NCBI RefSeq assembly: GCF_963921235.1
Contig: NC_086108.1
Location: 78,990,001 to 79,054,000 of the forward strand
DNA length: 64,000 bases
Source: Mobula hypostoma
Lineage: Eukaryota
Direction of reading: 5' to 3'
Positions 12,301 to 26,595 of this stretch are shown piece after piece. The translations under genes and the position numbers were made by a program. How positions within the stretch are numbered: the stretch's first letter is position 1; every line of letters starts with the position of its first letter. The notes under the pieces are model-generated. The model saw only the letters and a list, made by a program, of their open reading frames with translations, searched no databases and was not told the DNA's origin.

Positions 12301-13388
12301 TTTTATTGAAGTGTGAATGACAATCATACATATAATGGATTGGAAACATTTTGAAATGGAATTTACTTTATAAAATATTAATATCAAAAGGATACAGTGG
12401 CCAGGAATTGTCAATTCTGTACCATATTAAAGAGAATTTATAGACTACACCTATATCGGGAATGGAATGCAGTTAGAGAACATGCAGTATCAGGCTTCAC
12501 AAGTCACATGATATAAAAATTTCCTATTTCAACTTTATTATCATCATGCCATATTTTGTCTTGATCATGCTGTAGGGTTCAGCAAACCAAGTAAATGTAG
12601 AAAGAAGCAAAATTCTGATTTTTGGATTTTTTTTGATTTTAACTATTTTTGCCACTCTACCCATTGCTCTAACAGACAAGACACAGGTCTTAAAAGTTTC
12701 TTATCTACAGCAAAGGTTTCAAATCTAACTGACAGATTTTTGCTATCAATGTCTAGCTCTGTATTTTTCATGAAAACTAAACTTGGCCACAAAATGTGCT
12801 GTTGTTGAATCACAAGAAAAAAGAAAACTTGGAATGCATTTGGAAATAGACCACGAACAAAGGAAGATTTCCAGATTTATCCATGTGTTAGGCTTGAAGT
12901 CTTAAGGGGAATAATGTTGTTTACAGATGAATTCCAAAAGGTAAATTAATTTCACTAGGATTTGACTGTGTTTTTGTTAAATTTTCCAGGAAATTGGCAT
13001 TGCTAGAACAGAGTAGTACTGATAAAGTCCAAACTGGAGATGAGTGAACAATGTGGCCACACAACCAAGCAAAGGAGTGACTAATGCAGGACTTGAATTT
13101 ACTTTTCTCGTTACTGCATTGGTAAACTACAGTCAAATTCAGAAGAATTGAGAGAAGGCCCTTAAAAAATTCTGCTATTCTACAATACAATTTTTTTTGT
13201 GTATTATCGTACCTTGAATTTGTGAAAAAGAGTTTTTACCATTTAACAGTGACAAAATTAAACATATATTTGCATACAAACACACCAGTAAAGTATTAAG
13301 AATTGATGAGATTGTCACAAGAGTTTATTGAATCTAGTTACTACATACCAGTTTAAAAAGGTCCAATTAAGTAATAAAAATTACATAC

Positions 13389-13437
13389 CATCCTATATCA
13401 AAACGGAATCCCAGGTCAAATATTGTATAACAAATGC
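13389..13437 (-). CDS. ATP6V0B: ATP6V0B exon 2 (GICYTIFDLGFRFDIGW)
   Basis: cag| acceptor, |gtatg donor, 49 nt, phase-compatible with exons 1 and 3; near-identical to human GVCYTIFDLGFRFDVAW. Confidence 0.97.
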
Positions 13438-15769
13438 CTGCAATAGAAAAAAATTCATTTCAGAATATCTCATTACAAAATGATTCTGGTTTCACCACTA
13501 AATAATCACCACTCAATCCTCTTCAGTATGTGGATTACAGGTGCTACTCTCCTTTTGCCACTTATATGGGGCTCAAAGTGCATCAATAAATGTTCTCATG
13601 GCTTTCACTTCCCTCTGCTCTATCTACTCCAAACCAGTTCACTGAAATAGACTTTTGTTTCATTATTTATTTTGACACATTGATCCACACAACTTGCATG
13701 TAGTCTTTCCCCAGTGACCATACCTCAGATATTACTCCATTGACTAAAATGCTTTGGTAAGTCTTAAGACTTTGAAAAACAGGATGTAAATGCAGATTAC
13801 TTCCAGCTAAATACTCTGATCAGCTTTACACATTTATATATTAGTAAAAGAAAAATGAAGGCTAATATATTCTGAAAGTAGAACTCCTGAGAGAAAGTAT
13901 CTCCTCTAAAGAATTTCTTCTTGGGAAGATGCAGCCTGTAGTGAATGAATAAGTCATTTCACAAATGCACATCTTCACTATTTAAGATCAATATAATTTA
14001 TACAATATCTAAAAATGAAAATTTTGCATCCACTATCCAAGTGTATTTGAGCAATCTCTGGAGGTACAACAACCTGGAATTACTAAAAAAAATTCATGGC
14101 ATTCAGCATTCAGGTGCATTTATACCACATCTGCTACACCATCTTCATCAACCATTTTAGTTGAAATCAAAATCTAATTCTGTCAAATTACAGGTGCCAG
14201 TAATCCATACCGCCATCATACTTCGTGTTATGGTAAATTTTATTCTTGGCAATAGCTCGTATTTATTTTCCTTCCAATTAACTTGCTTGGCTAGTGTTAA
14301 TAGGTTTATCCTTCTTTCAATTTTTTTAAAATCAGAATTGCAATAGGATTCCACTAGAATCACTCTGCAATCCATAAATTGAAAATGGAGGTTCTGCCAT
14401 CACTAATCTACTTTCCACTTAGATATTGCAACTTATCCAGTTTCATAAAAACAAATTGCTAAAATGGCTTATTTATTTACAGCCTCCATTACTGGACCAA
14501 TAACATTTTCTCCTTTTATGACAACTAATTCAAAGAGCTCATTTGGTACCTGCATTACTGTGTGTTGCGTCCAACTATTCCATTACATACCCATCATTCC
14601 ATCATTTTTATATATGGGTGCCCCACCACTGCTACCCCACAGAGCAGTGTTTTATTTTAAATATTTGGTCCTCAAAACACTGAGGTACACATTTCCCTGC
14701 AGCTTCCTTAAAAAAAATTTGCATAGATTGAACACTCTAATGCTGGGAACTTACTGCCAAGTCTAACGCTCCCACTCCTGTGCATTGCAATGTCAGGAAT
14801 CTGGCACAACCCACATCTCCCCCAATGCCGCACCCTGTTATATTGGAAAACTGACATAAATTCCTCTTAACTGCAGTATTCTCACACAACTTGCACACAT
14901 TTCGGTGGAGGTAACTTGCTATGGTTATTTGAGTGGGCTGGGATGAGAAGTCCTGAGACATTGGGCACAAGGCTGTAACCTGGTAGATCCTCCTCTACAT
15001 GACTGACTGACTGACACACACACACTCTGTCAAACTAAAGAGCTTGAAGTATTGTTTGTATTCTACTATTATGATTTTTAAAAAAGTTGCCTGAAGATTT
15101 GCTGCTCCACAACTTCTACATTGGTTTTTGGTAACAGAAGCCCAATGTAACTTCTCATTCTGTTACTTAATTTTAACCAATTTTTTTTAAATGGCCTTTT
15201 AACCACCTAATATATTCCCACTTTTGCGAAGTAAATTATTGATCAACAGATTGACCCTTGTATTTAATTTGAAACTAGTCAACAAATGTATTTCTAAGAA
15301 TCACACAACGCTCACAAATCTGGTATTCAGGTATGCAATTTTCCATATGTATTACTCCAAAAATGTCTTGTTGGAAAGTTACTAGTGTGGAAGCATTGCT
15401 TAAACATCTCTGGTCCAGATTACTTTCTTTGTTTCTTGTTGGAGTTTAACATTATAAAGATATTTCACAAGTTATTTTTTTAAACAGTCAGTGGTAAACC
15501 ATACCAGAATAACTTGGGTCGCTACTTAACTATTTAAAAACTGCATTCATTTATGATCATGAAACAGATCTGCACATTTTTTAAGAATACAACTACTGAT
15601 GAAAACTGTTTGTTTCAAATCTTATTTCTTCATTTTTGATAAAGGGTGATACTGCAATACTTGCAGCATAGATCAATTTTGTGATTATAGATAATAGAAT
15701 TTCAGTGGTGCTCTCCACTGCTCAAAAGCAAGCTCCTTCATCTACTCATCCCACTTCAGCTCCACACTT

Positions 15770-16140
15770 AGAACTTGAAATCTATCAAATATTAAAAGCC
15801 TAGGTAGAGTCAACGTGGAGGGGATGTCTCCTATGATGGGAGGATCTAGGACCAGAAGGCACGGCCTCACCAATAGAAGGACACCTCTTTGGAATAAAGA
15901 CGAGGAGGAATTTCTTTAATCTGAGGGTGGTGAATCTATAGAACTCAGACAGCTGCAGAGGCCAAGTCAATGAATATATTTAAAGTGGAGGTTGACAGGT
16001 TCTTGATTAGTACAGGCATCAAAGGTTACAGGGAGGGGTAGGAGAATGGGGTTGTGAGGAATAATAAATCAGCCATGATAGAATGGCAGAGCACGCTCAA
16101 TAGGGTAAATTGCTCAATTCTTCTATTATGTCTTATGGTT
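15770..16140 (+). mobile_element. CR1/HER1-like LINE 3' end
   Basis: Remnant of the ...RVDVERMFP...SRTRGH coding end and tail ttctattatgtcttatgg. Confidence 0.7.
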
Positions 16141-16889
16141 TAAATATAGCAAAAGTACTTGCACAAAACTAACTTGTGTAGTTTATGGAATTTCCAATTC
16201 TATGCAAAACATTTCACTTGACAACATTTTTAATACATATTTATGTGTAGTTAGCTGGCTTGTACAATTTCTGAATACTACACTTTTAACACATGGATGT
16301 AAACTTAAATTACAAAGTGGAAATTATTCAGTCTATTTAACAGACACACTTTTGGGTAACTTGCAGTGAGTAAGCTGCGTCATAAAAATAGCTGCTTAAT
16401 ATTGTTGCTCCTCACACACAACACAATGTCACATTTTCAACTCTATAGAAAGAAAGTTCTAGGCAATTTGAAGAAACACCATCTTCTCAACATACCAATA
16501 TAGCTATTACCGAATAATTTAATCAGAATTTCATTAAAAGCACCACATATTCTTTTAGCTCCCTCTTGCTTCATAATGTCTGTCTTTTTTGAGAGGTGCC
16601 AAAACTCTCTACAGTGCAGTAGGCGTTGGCGCAATGCGATAATGGCCAAATGATGTACCTTACTCAGTGAGTTGAGGAATAAATGACAAGTAATCCATTT
16701 TGCTCAGTAGGTTAAGGAATAAGTGTTGTCCAAAGGTATTAATAGGTAAAGTGTCATGGTCAACAGATGGTGTTATGATATAGGTATGTCGTTCTCACTC
16801 AATGATTAAAACCAAACTGAAGTTTCTCTTTTCTAATGTCTTTTCATCCCACTTCAAGACTGAAAGTTAACCTTAAAATTGGCTCACAA

Positions 16890-18145
16890 ATAACACACAA
16901 GATAGCAGAGCAGAATTCGACCACATAGCCCATCGAGTCTGCTCTGCCATTCAATCATGACTGATCCTTTTTTCCCCCCTGCTCAGACCCACTCCTTGGC
17001 CTTTTCCCTGCAATCCTTGATGCCATGTCCAATCAAGCACTGATCAAGCTCTGCCTTAAATACATCCAACGACCTGGCCTCCAAAGCTGCCTGTGGTAAT
17101 AAATTCTACAAATTCACCACCCCCTGGCTAAAGAAATTTCCCAGCATCTCTGGTTTAAATAGGTGGCCCTCTATCCTGAGATTGTGTCCTTTAGACCTAT
17201 GCTCCCCCACCACAGGGAACATCCTTTCCACATCTACTCTGCCTAGGCCTTTCAACATTGAAAAGGTTTCAATGAGATCCCCCACGCCCCCCATTTCTCT
17301 AAATTCCAGCGAGCACAGACCCAGAGCTCGTATGATAACCCTTTCATTCCTGGAATCATCCTTGTGAACCTCCTCTGAACCCTCTCCAATGCCAGCACAT
17401 TGTTTCTTAGATGAGGAGCCTAAAACTGTCCACAACACTCAAGGTGAGGCCTCACCAGTGCCTTATAAAGCCTCAGCATCATATCTCTGCTTTTGTATTC
17501 TAGACCTGTTGAAAAAAATGCTAAACATTGCATTTCCCTTCTTAACCATCAACTCTACCTGCAAGTTAACTTTTAGGGTGTTCTGCACAAGGACTCCCAA
17601 GTCACTTTGCATCTCAAGATTTTTGGATTTTCTCCCCATTTAGAAAATAGTCTGCACATTTATTTCTACCACCAAAGTGCATGACCATGCATTTTCCAAC
17701 ACCATTTCATTTGCAACTCTCTTGCCCATTCTCCAAAGTGTCTAAGTCCTTCTGCAGCCTACCTGTTTCATCAACACTACCTGCCCCTCCATATACCCAT
17801 GAACTTGGCCTCCAGCACAGTCTGTGGCAAAGCATTCCAGATTCACCACTCTTTGGCTAAAAAGATTCCTCCTTACCTCCGTTCTAAAAGGTCACCCCTC
17901 AATTTTGAGGCTGTGCCCTCTAGTTCTGGATACCCCCACAATAGAAAACATCCACCCAATCTAGTCCTTTCAACATACAGTAGGGCTCAATGAGATGCCT
18001 CCACATTCTTCCAGTGAGTACAGGCGCAAAGCTGCCAATCACCCCTCATATGTTAACTCCTTCATTCCCAGAATCATCATGAACTTCCTCTGGAGTCTCT
18101 CCAATGACAACCCATCCTTTCTGAGATATGGGGCCCAAAACTCCA
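16890..18145 (-). mobile_element. CR1/HER1-like LINE 3' fragments (two pieces)
   Basis: ORF 17106-17438 (LIETFSMLKGLGRVDVERMFP...GHNLRIEG) plus CR1 3' tail. Confidence 0.75.
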
Positions 18146-19353
18146 AGTACATAAATCAACTAATCTGCTACTGTTCATTGGATCTCAACTCCATAGAAGC
18201 AATTGGGCCTCGAGTTAGTCTCTCATTTCGTACACCAATGTGATGATCTAAATTTTGTACACAAATTTCTGGATGAGGGTGGCTCCAACAAAGCCCAAAT
18301 TTAAAACCAGACTGAACAAAACCACTTACTCGAATATGCTTCATAAAACAACTTAAATTACTTAGTAAATATGGCTAGAATGAGTATTGTCAAAATGTTT
18401 TTTAAAACAATTCAAGGATTCTACAACTGTATCTTCCAACTCATGGCCTCTAATATCCAGAAGGTCAAGAAAGCACCTGAGATTTCCAACACTTGCAAAT
18501 TCCCCTTTTAAGTCACATGTCATTTTACTGGAAATAATTGTGTCAATCAGCATTTGTGGAGAGTTGATGCCCTGACACATCTTATGAAATCTCCCTAACG
18601 CCTTTGTTCATGACAGTTGCTGACTTTATGGGAATGTATTTTCCTAATTTCTCATAAGCAGTAAAACCCTACTTCTATTCGACTCATTTTCAAAAATTTT
18701 AAATCTTCTATTAGTCCAGCTTATGAATTTTCCACACAAAGTAACCCTTGAGACTCGCAATTCTACAAACTAATTGAACCACAATAAAGACAACGAAAAT
18801 GTGAGAGAGAAATGGGTAAAAATGGACAGGAGTCATTAGAAATATACGACGAAAGTAGGGGACAACTATGCGCCTGGCATATGCCTGACGAATTCTCGCT
18901 TAGATTCACAGGGGTGACAAGAAAGGCGTTTTAAAAGGAAACTGCCAAAACCTCTCCTACAACATAATAGTTAAATCTCTTATCTTATGAAAAATTCTGT
19001 CTTCGAGTTTAACCATAAAACAGAACGATGTTTAGAACCAACATTTCCAGGAAGATGGCTATCTCTTGGTGAATTTCGTAACTTAATTTTAACCTTTTCT
19101 TTGGGAAAAGGGCGAGGGGAATAATTCACTCAAATAAAATCATCAAGGTGAGACAGTAGACGACAATCTAACGTCACAGACTTCCCCATAATTTGCACAC
19201 TGCAGGCATCCCACAGCGGATAACGAAGAACCAGTGCAGGAACATCCATGCCCCAAAGCTCCGGGCTCCCAGCACCAGAGCAGCCGCGCTAGGCCCCACA
19301 CCCGGCTCGACGCACCATTCAAGAAGCTGGCCTCCGCTTCAACAGCTCCTTAC

Positions 19354-19420
19354 CTACAACAACAATGGTGGACCAGAAGGCCACGGTAATGCCGGTGTAA
19401 AGTAAAGTGTAGCCGTTCAT
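19354..19420 (-). CDS. ATP6V0B: V-type proton ATPase 21 kDa proteolipid subunit c'', exon 1 (MNGYTLLYTGITVAFWSTIVVV+G)
   Basis: ATG at 19420-19418; 67 nt ending G|gtaag donor; matches the N-terminal TM segment of vertebrate ATP6V0B; lies in a CpG-rich region. Confidence 0.95.
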
Positions 19421-19620
19421 TTTCCGCGACTCCACTCGCACCTCGATCACCGTAATCTTCTCGGCTGGGATCGGGGGCGGCGACAAGCCGGCTACTCACG
19501 TGAGCGAAAGTACTTGATCACATGACCAATATCACGCCAGATGGTTGAGGAGTCGCGGGAGTTGAAGGCTTTAACTCACATGGACTACATTTCCCAGCAA
19601 GCCTCACGACAGAGCCTCCT
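19421..19620 (-). promoter_or_regulatory. ATP6V0B 5'UTR/promoter: GC box, CLEAR E-box TCACGTGA (19496-19503), M-box GTCATGTGA (19526-19518), CCAAT (19526-19530), ZNF143/THAP11 motif ACTACATTTCCCAGCAAGC (19584-19602)
   Basis: Motifs read directly; CpG-rich tract about 19190-19620 in an otherwise CpG-poor background. Confidence 0.8.
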
Positions 19621-22600
19621 CCTAAACCATTGAATATATTTGAATTTCACCAGAGCCTGGTTTCCAGTTCATTCCTGTACCTCCCACTGACCAAAATCTG
19701 TTTATATTCAATGATCAGCATTCACGCTGTCTGGGGTGACGAATTTGAAAGATTCACTTCCCTCTGAGAAGACACTTCCTCTCATCACCATCTAAATGGC
19801 TAAGTTCCTCTTCTTGTTTTGAATTTCACCCAAAGGAGAATCTCCTCTGGCATCTACACTGTCACCTTCTCATTAATCTAATAATTGATTAAATGCCATC
19901 TGTGTGCAGACACTTGATCATAAAATCATAACTGTGATCATAAAATGTAAACCAAAGATATGAATTAATTAAGATATATTTGCATTTTGTTTGGCTATTT
20001 AAAGTTTGAAGTAAATTTATTGTCAAAGTACATATATGTCAATGTAAACAACCCTGAGATTCATTTTCTTGTGGGTGTACTCAATAAATCCAAGGAATGT
20101 AATCAATGAAGGACGGCATCCAACAGGACAGAACAACCTATGTGCAAAAAATAACAAACTACAAATACAAAATAAGAAACAATAAAACATTAATTAATTA
20201 ATCATCATCATTCTGTCCCATGTCATATGATGTGGATGATCAGGGTGACTATGATTATTCTTGGCAAATTTTTCTACATAAATAGTTTGCCATTGCCTTT
20301 TTCTGTGCAGTGTCTTTCCAAGACGGGTGACCCCAGCCATTATCAATATTTTCAGAGATTGTCTGCCTGGCATCAGTGGTCACATTATCAGGTCTTGTGA
20401 TATGCACCAGCTGTTCATACGACCCTGCTCTGTACGGGGGTGGTGGTTGGAGCTAAGCAGGTGCTACACCTTGCCCAAGTGTGAACTGCTAGCAGAGGGA
20501 ATGGAGTGCCTTACATCTCCTTTGGTAGAGACGTATTCCTATCCTGCCACCAAAAATAAAGAAATTATCAATAAATTTTGGGTTTTGTGGTGAATGTTAC
20601 TATAAACACTTTACAATAGTTACATGGGCCTGTGGTAGAAATCATGCTGGGTTCTGAAGTATTTGCAAATTTTCACATATTCATGAGATTATCCCAAAAA
20701 TTCAACATTGAGGAAGTAATGATATTACAGATGTCACACTTTGAATGAGAATGAGTAAAAACAATTTGCCTTTATTAGCTTTAATTTAGTAAGACAAAAC
20801 AGATATGACAGAGCCATGTATGGGATATTTGGCTAGAATCTCCTCTACACTGGTTTTTATTGTGGAAGCAGCATTGTGGATCACTCTGACTTCATGTGTT
20901 TTAAATTGCTTAAAATATAAGAACTTCAACTTCCAGATTCACAGATCAGCACTGATTGGTTTCCCTGTGTACACTGACCTAAAGCTGGCATTATTAATTT
21001 TGGTAGTCTTTGCAGTTCCCAGTGTGTATAATTTCTGCAGCTTTTAAAGCAACATACCAAAATGCAAGCAACATTCTTCCAACAACTCCTATTCTGATGT
21101 AAGCATTAATACTGAGTGAATAAATGCTGCAATGATAGGAAGAGTTGGAAGAGTTTTCCCTGATGGTCTCAGGGACCTGGACAAGCTGGTGAATAACAAT
21201 GGTGACAAAGAAATTTTATTTTTGCAAGGGTGCCACAGATATCCTCCAGATTGTAGCCAGGTAGTCACCAGGGAAGTTTCCATAAAGACTTGTGAGCAAT
21301 CTGTAAGTGCTTGTAATTTGGGGGAAGTCTACATTATAGATAAATATATGTTCCTTTTGGTTACAGGAAAAGTAAATGAGGTTTCTTCTCCTTGAGTTTT
21401 GAGCTGAGATGACCTCACACATGCAACGGTTGGCAGCAAACTATAAGGTGCTGTATAAAATGGCAGCAGCAGTTTGGGATGACTCTGAAACTAGGAAGCT
21501 GAGAGTGATCATGACCATGACTTCCTTGGGAAAGCAGTCACAGTACATGGGAGATTGTATTTGGGGTCAAAGGAGACTGCAAGTTTGTGTTGTTATGATT
21601 TCATAACGTACCAGCAGGAATCTGTACCTTTTTCATATCTCATTTTACCACAGTAAGTCCCAGCTCCTTAGCAATGGCCAACAAATCGTCCTTTCTGGCC
21701 TCTCCCAACACCTTAGGGTCTAGCAATGCCAGAAATGCCCCAATATCCATTGCTGCTGGTTTTCCCACACAAGTCAATCAAAAGCGTAGTAGCCAATGAG
21801 ATCGATAATCAATCAATAAGCTCCAATTTTGTACATATCCTGGATGAGCCCCCAATTTGTTACGATTTCGTAACGTACCAGCAGCAAAAGACGACAAATT
21901 GAGTCGAGTTTTAATATTAAAACCACTATATTTATTTACATCTACTCAAAAATATAGAAAATTAAATAAACTACTTTCTTAAACAGAAGTTAACAGTGTT
22001 ATGCATCTACAGCTCCCTTACAAACATAGAACCCATTCTTAACAAATCTTACTCAAGTACAGTCTTAAAGTTGCAGCTCAGAGAGTCCCAGTAGTTCACG
22101 AAATAGGTGAGAGGCGAGACTTGTGGATTCCCAATGCAGCGACAAGGCGATCACAATGAATTCCAAAGATTCCAAGGCTAGCAAACGAAGAAACGGTTAC
22201 CAAAGATCCCAGCCGAGGAATACTGTTCCAAAGTCCATGAAGAGCTATTTCACAAAGTGACTGTCACGAAATCCACACCCATAGATCATATGAAGGACAG
22301 ACACGTCTCCACAATGTACAGTGTGCCACTGATTAACCCAATCCTTTGGGTTTGGGTAAGCATTAGACTTTACCCTTCTCGATCGTGAGCTGTTCCTGGA
22401 TAGCTCGAAGCCTGCGATCTTCACTCTTTCTCTCTCTTTCCTTTGACTCCCTCTCAGCATTTATGTCCACATTTCTTTTATACAGTCGGCATACGTTATA
22501 AGGTAATGTTCACAGAAATGAAACTGTGGACTCCCAGTAAAATGAAACTGGGGACATGTGACACCCATAGTAAACAAAGCAATGGACTCCCAGGAAAACG

Positions 22601-23152
22601 AAACTGTGGACACGTAACACCTCCCCACAAGAAGAGGAAATTTTGATCTGTAAGATCAAAATTTTAACTACAATCTACAATATGTAGAACAACACATATA
22701 CGGTTATCATACAGCATACTACAAACTAAGACAATATATTGCAGAAGCATATAGAAATAGTAAATTCCACTCCATTATTAAAATTGCATTGCAAGTTTAA
22801 CATCTAGAAAGACAATTGGCAATTACATCATCTTTGTCTTCAATGTGAGTTATCATGAGATCATACTCTTGCAAAATCAAACTCCAATTCAGCAACCTTC
22901 TATTTTTGTTTTTCAGCTTACTCAAGAACACCAATGGATTATGATCTGTATAAACCACAAGTGGTTTCTGAACTGTGCAAACATACACATCAACATACTG
23001 CAAAGCCAAAATAAGTGATAATAATTCCTTCTCTCTGGTGGAGTAATTTCTTTGATGCTCATTGAATTTCTTTGAAAAGTAAGCCACAGGATGGTCAACA
23101 TCATCATAATCATCCCTTTGTAGTAACACTGCTCCTGCAGCTTCATCACTGG

Positions 23153-26100
23153 TGTGTTGCCCTTAAGGCACTTAGTTGACTTTGTTGGGTCCACGTTTTA
23201 AATGATTTGTTTGTAACTATTTTCTAGTTAAAGTTAAAGGTTGATAATTAAGTTACAGTCTAACAAAGGTAAATTCATTTTCTATGGTATATCGCGGCAT
23301 GTGATGATGTCACCTCTGGTTTTACCGCGTCTTATGTGTAACCTCCGGTTCGCAAAAGGTGTGAAGGTGGGTGCCATGCGTGCAGCATGATTGTGAAGAG
23401 CTCTGTTTCTACCCATAAAGAAACATTATAGAAGCAACGCCGTAAGTTCATAAGAATATATTTGAAGTAAAAATATTAACGCGGTTTCTGTTAAGGAAGT
23501 GGCGGTTGGGGCGGCACGCGTGCCGGCTTTTCAATTTCAAATGCGGGGTTGGCTTGAGCCCGGTGGTGGTTTGAAGCGACCCCCTTGCCCGCTATTCGGG
23601 GCGGCTGGAGACACTCGCTAAAAGAAGAGAGCGCTCGTGGTCTCCAGAATGAAACAAAGGCTGAATATGTTTGTATTTTTTTATCAACAGTTTTCACCAT
23701 ACGATGTTAATGTGGAAGAGTGCACAGTAAATGGTTAACCTTACTATGACTCTGTCCTCATTGGCTCTGGTTTAACTTGGTGTTTAGTCAGAGTTTCAAC
23801 ACATTGCATGAGAACACTACAGTGAAAACGCGTTGTCATTAGACGTTTCGACAAGTGGTACGATGCCTTCGCAATCAAGCACCAAGTCGCTTGCACTCAG
23901 CGCCAAGAGCAGTAGGACGTCGACAAGTGTGGCTTCCCTCACAAGAGCTAAAGCAGAAGCCGCCAAGGTGCGAGTGTCATACGCTAACCAAGAAGCAAAA
24001 CTGAAAATGGAAAAAGCTGCCAGAGAAGCGGAAATCCAGTTGGAAGGGGCAAGGATAGATACAGAGCTAGAAGTGCTGATGCTACAACAAGAAGCTGATG
24101 CAGCTGCAGTGGAAGCACAAGTATTGGAAAACGCTGAAGAAATGCACGCTCTAGATGAAGCAGGAAAATCTATGTCAGAAAGGGCCAAATTGGAATGTAC
24201 CAGCGAATATGTCCAATCTCATATTGACGTGCAGATTCATTCTCCCTCTCCATACTTGTCTGTTGGCGTCCCATCTCATGTGAAATCACAGGGAAGCTTC
24301 GTTCCATCGCATCCACCTGGGGAAGACAAACTCACAATTGCAACCTTGCCACAAATTCAAGTATGAAAGGGGTGACTACGAATACTTCCGGACACCAAAC
24401 TTACCAGATCCGTTGAGATCAGAGACAAAGGCTGAAGTCAGAACATCAAATCACATCATGAACGTACACACTCGGTCATATGTTCCCCAACATATTCCCT
24501 CAGCTAGCACGCCACCTGCAGCAGAACCCTTGGCACAGTATTTAGCACGATGAGACCTTGTCGATTCAGGACTGTTCCAGTTTGATGATAACCCTGAAAA
24601 TTACACTGTGTGTGCTACTCCTCATTCACCAGTGCCACCAGCGGAGTCCAGCTCACAGCAATCCAAGAGTTGGAGCTTATGACTAAATGGCTGGGAAAGG
24701 AATCAAGTGAACAGGTGAAACACATACGCTCAGTGTACGTCAACAACCCCAAGCTAGGATTATAAAGACACGTAGTCCTCTTTTATTGTCATTTAGTAAT
24801 GCATGCATTAAGAAATGATACATTATTTCCTCCGGTGTGATATCACAAAACACAGGACAGACCAAGACTGGAAAAACTGACAAAACCACATAATTATAAC
24901 ATATAGTTACAACAGTGCACAATACCATAACTTGATGAAGAAGTCCATGAGCACAGTGAAGTTCAAAGTTTCTCAAATGTCCCACATCTCACGCAGACGG
25001 GAGAAGGAAGAAAAACTCTACCTGCCATGCCGACCACAATCCAACTCTGAGTCATCCGAAAACTTCGAGCTCTGATCAGCTCTCCGACACCAAGTACTGA
25101 GTGCCATCTCTGTCCAAACGATTCAACCTCCTTCTCAGTCGCCAAAAGCAGGCAAGGCCGGGGATTTTGAGGCCTACCCTCCAAAAGATTCCCGACCACG
25201 CAGTAATGACAGCAGCGAACGGGCGTTTTAGAAAATGCTCCAGAAGCTCCTCTGTGCTTTCACATCCATTCTCCATCAAATCAGAATTGTCCACGGCCCC
25301 TATTTAACAGATACAATATCATTTTTCACCGGAGGACTGCACACGCGCAGGCGCGCCGCCATCTTCTCCTCCTTAGCCTTACACAAAGCATGGGAGAGAC
25401 TTCAGGACTGCTATGCGGCCCGTGAAATTATTGAGATGGCATTATTTCAACAGCTGGGCAATTTTCCTAGGGTGTCAGCCAAGGACCACTCTAAATTACG
25501 AGAACTCAGAGATTTACTCATGGAGATTCAAAGTGCTAAAGAAGACGGCTATTTAACTGGCCTGTCGTATCTGGATACCTCATGCGGAGTTGGACCAATT
25601 GTGGACAAGCTTCCATTTGGGCTGCAGGAAAGATGGGTGTCTATTGGCTCAGAGTACAAGGAAGAGAACGGTGGTCAATTCCCTCCCTTTGAGTATTTTA
25701 GTAGGTTTGTGTGCAAGGAGGCGAAGAGGCGAAACCACCCCAGCTTGAAGAATCAAGGCAGCACCACAACTCACACCAACCCAGTCAAACCCATTTCGAA
25801 CAATTTTGTCATCAATAAACCTGTCTCAGTGCATAAAACCGAAGTCTCCGCAATCAACGATGACCCTAGCAAGAATTGCACATTGCACAACAAACCCCAC
25901 CCCCTCAAAAAATGCAGAAAATCTCGAAACACACCCTTTGACAAAAGAAAGGCCCTTCTCAAGGAAAAAAGGATATGTTTTAAGTGCTGTTCCTCTACCT
26001 CCCACCTCGCTAAAGAGTGTACATTCCCCGTAAAGTGCTCAGAATGTAACAGTATTAATCACGATGGAGCCATGCATCCCGGCCTGTCACCGCAAACTGC

Positions 26101-26595
26101 CAAGGCTCCTCCGCTCCCACAAGAGGATGGCAGGGAGGGAGAGCATCACTCTGATACAACTATTATCAGCTCGAGCTGCACAGAAGTTTGCAGTCAGGTC
26201 AGTCGAGCCGTTCGTGCTCAAAGATCTGCCTCACTAAGGTATACCTTAAGGGAGCCAAAGACAAGGCCATCAAAGCCTATGTAATCCTGGACGACCAGAG
26301 CAACCGCTCACTAGTGAGACCAGAGTTCTTCAAGTTGTTCAGCGTAAAGGGTAATCCATAAACATACTACCTCAGAACTTGCTCTGGCATCGCAGAAACA
26401 TATGGCAGGAAGGCAGAAGGCTTCCAGCTCGAGTTGCTGGATGGCAAAGTCGTCATCAGTCTCCCACCACTCTTAGAGTGCAATGAGATCTTGAATAACC
26501 GATCTGAGATTCCGACGCCAAGCGCAGTGCTACACCAGTCCCATCTCCACCACATTGCCAGGCACATCCCAGAAATGGATCTGGAAGCAGAAATA
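23153..26595 (+). mobile_element. BEL/Pao LTR retrotransposon, 5' LTR plus degenerate gag-protease, 3' part missing
   Basis: Gag RAKAEAAKVRVSYA, Cys/His knuckles (CFKCCSSTSHLAKEC; CSECNSINH), Pao-type protease YVILDDQSNRSLV; putative LTR about 23153-23821. Confidence 0.85.
24758..25372 (-). mobile_element. Non-coding retroposon (about 615 bp) inserted in the BEL gag
   Basis: Interrupts the gag reading frame; minus-strand head GGAGAAGATGGCGGCGCG and tail aaatgacaataaaag; related copy at 31521-32165. Confidence 0.7.

Noticed and set aside
21089..21422. Short ORFs with a gtaagt donor-like site near the ATP6V0B promoter
   Set aside because: No recognisable homology or exon chain; cannot support a divergent gene without RNA data
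25235..25372. N-terminal extension of the 349-aa BEL gag ORF
   Set aside because: Contributed by the inserted retroposon; fortuitous open frame
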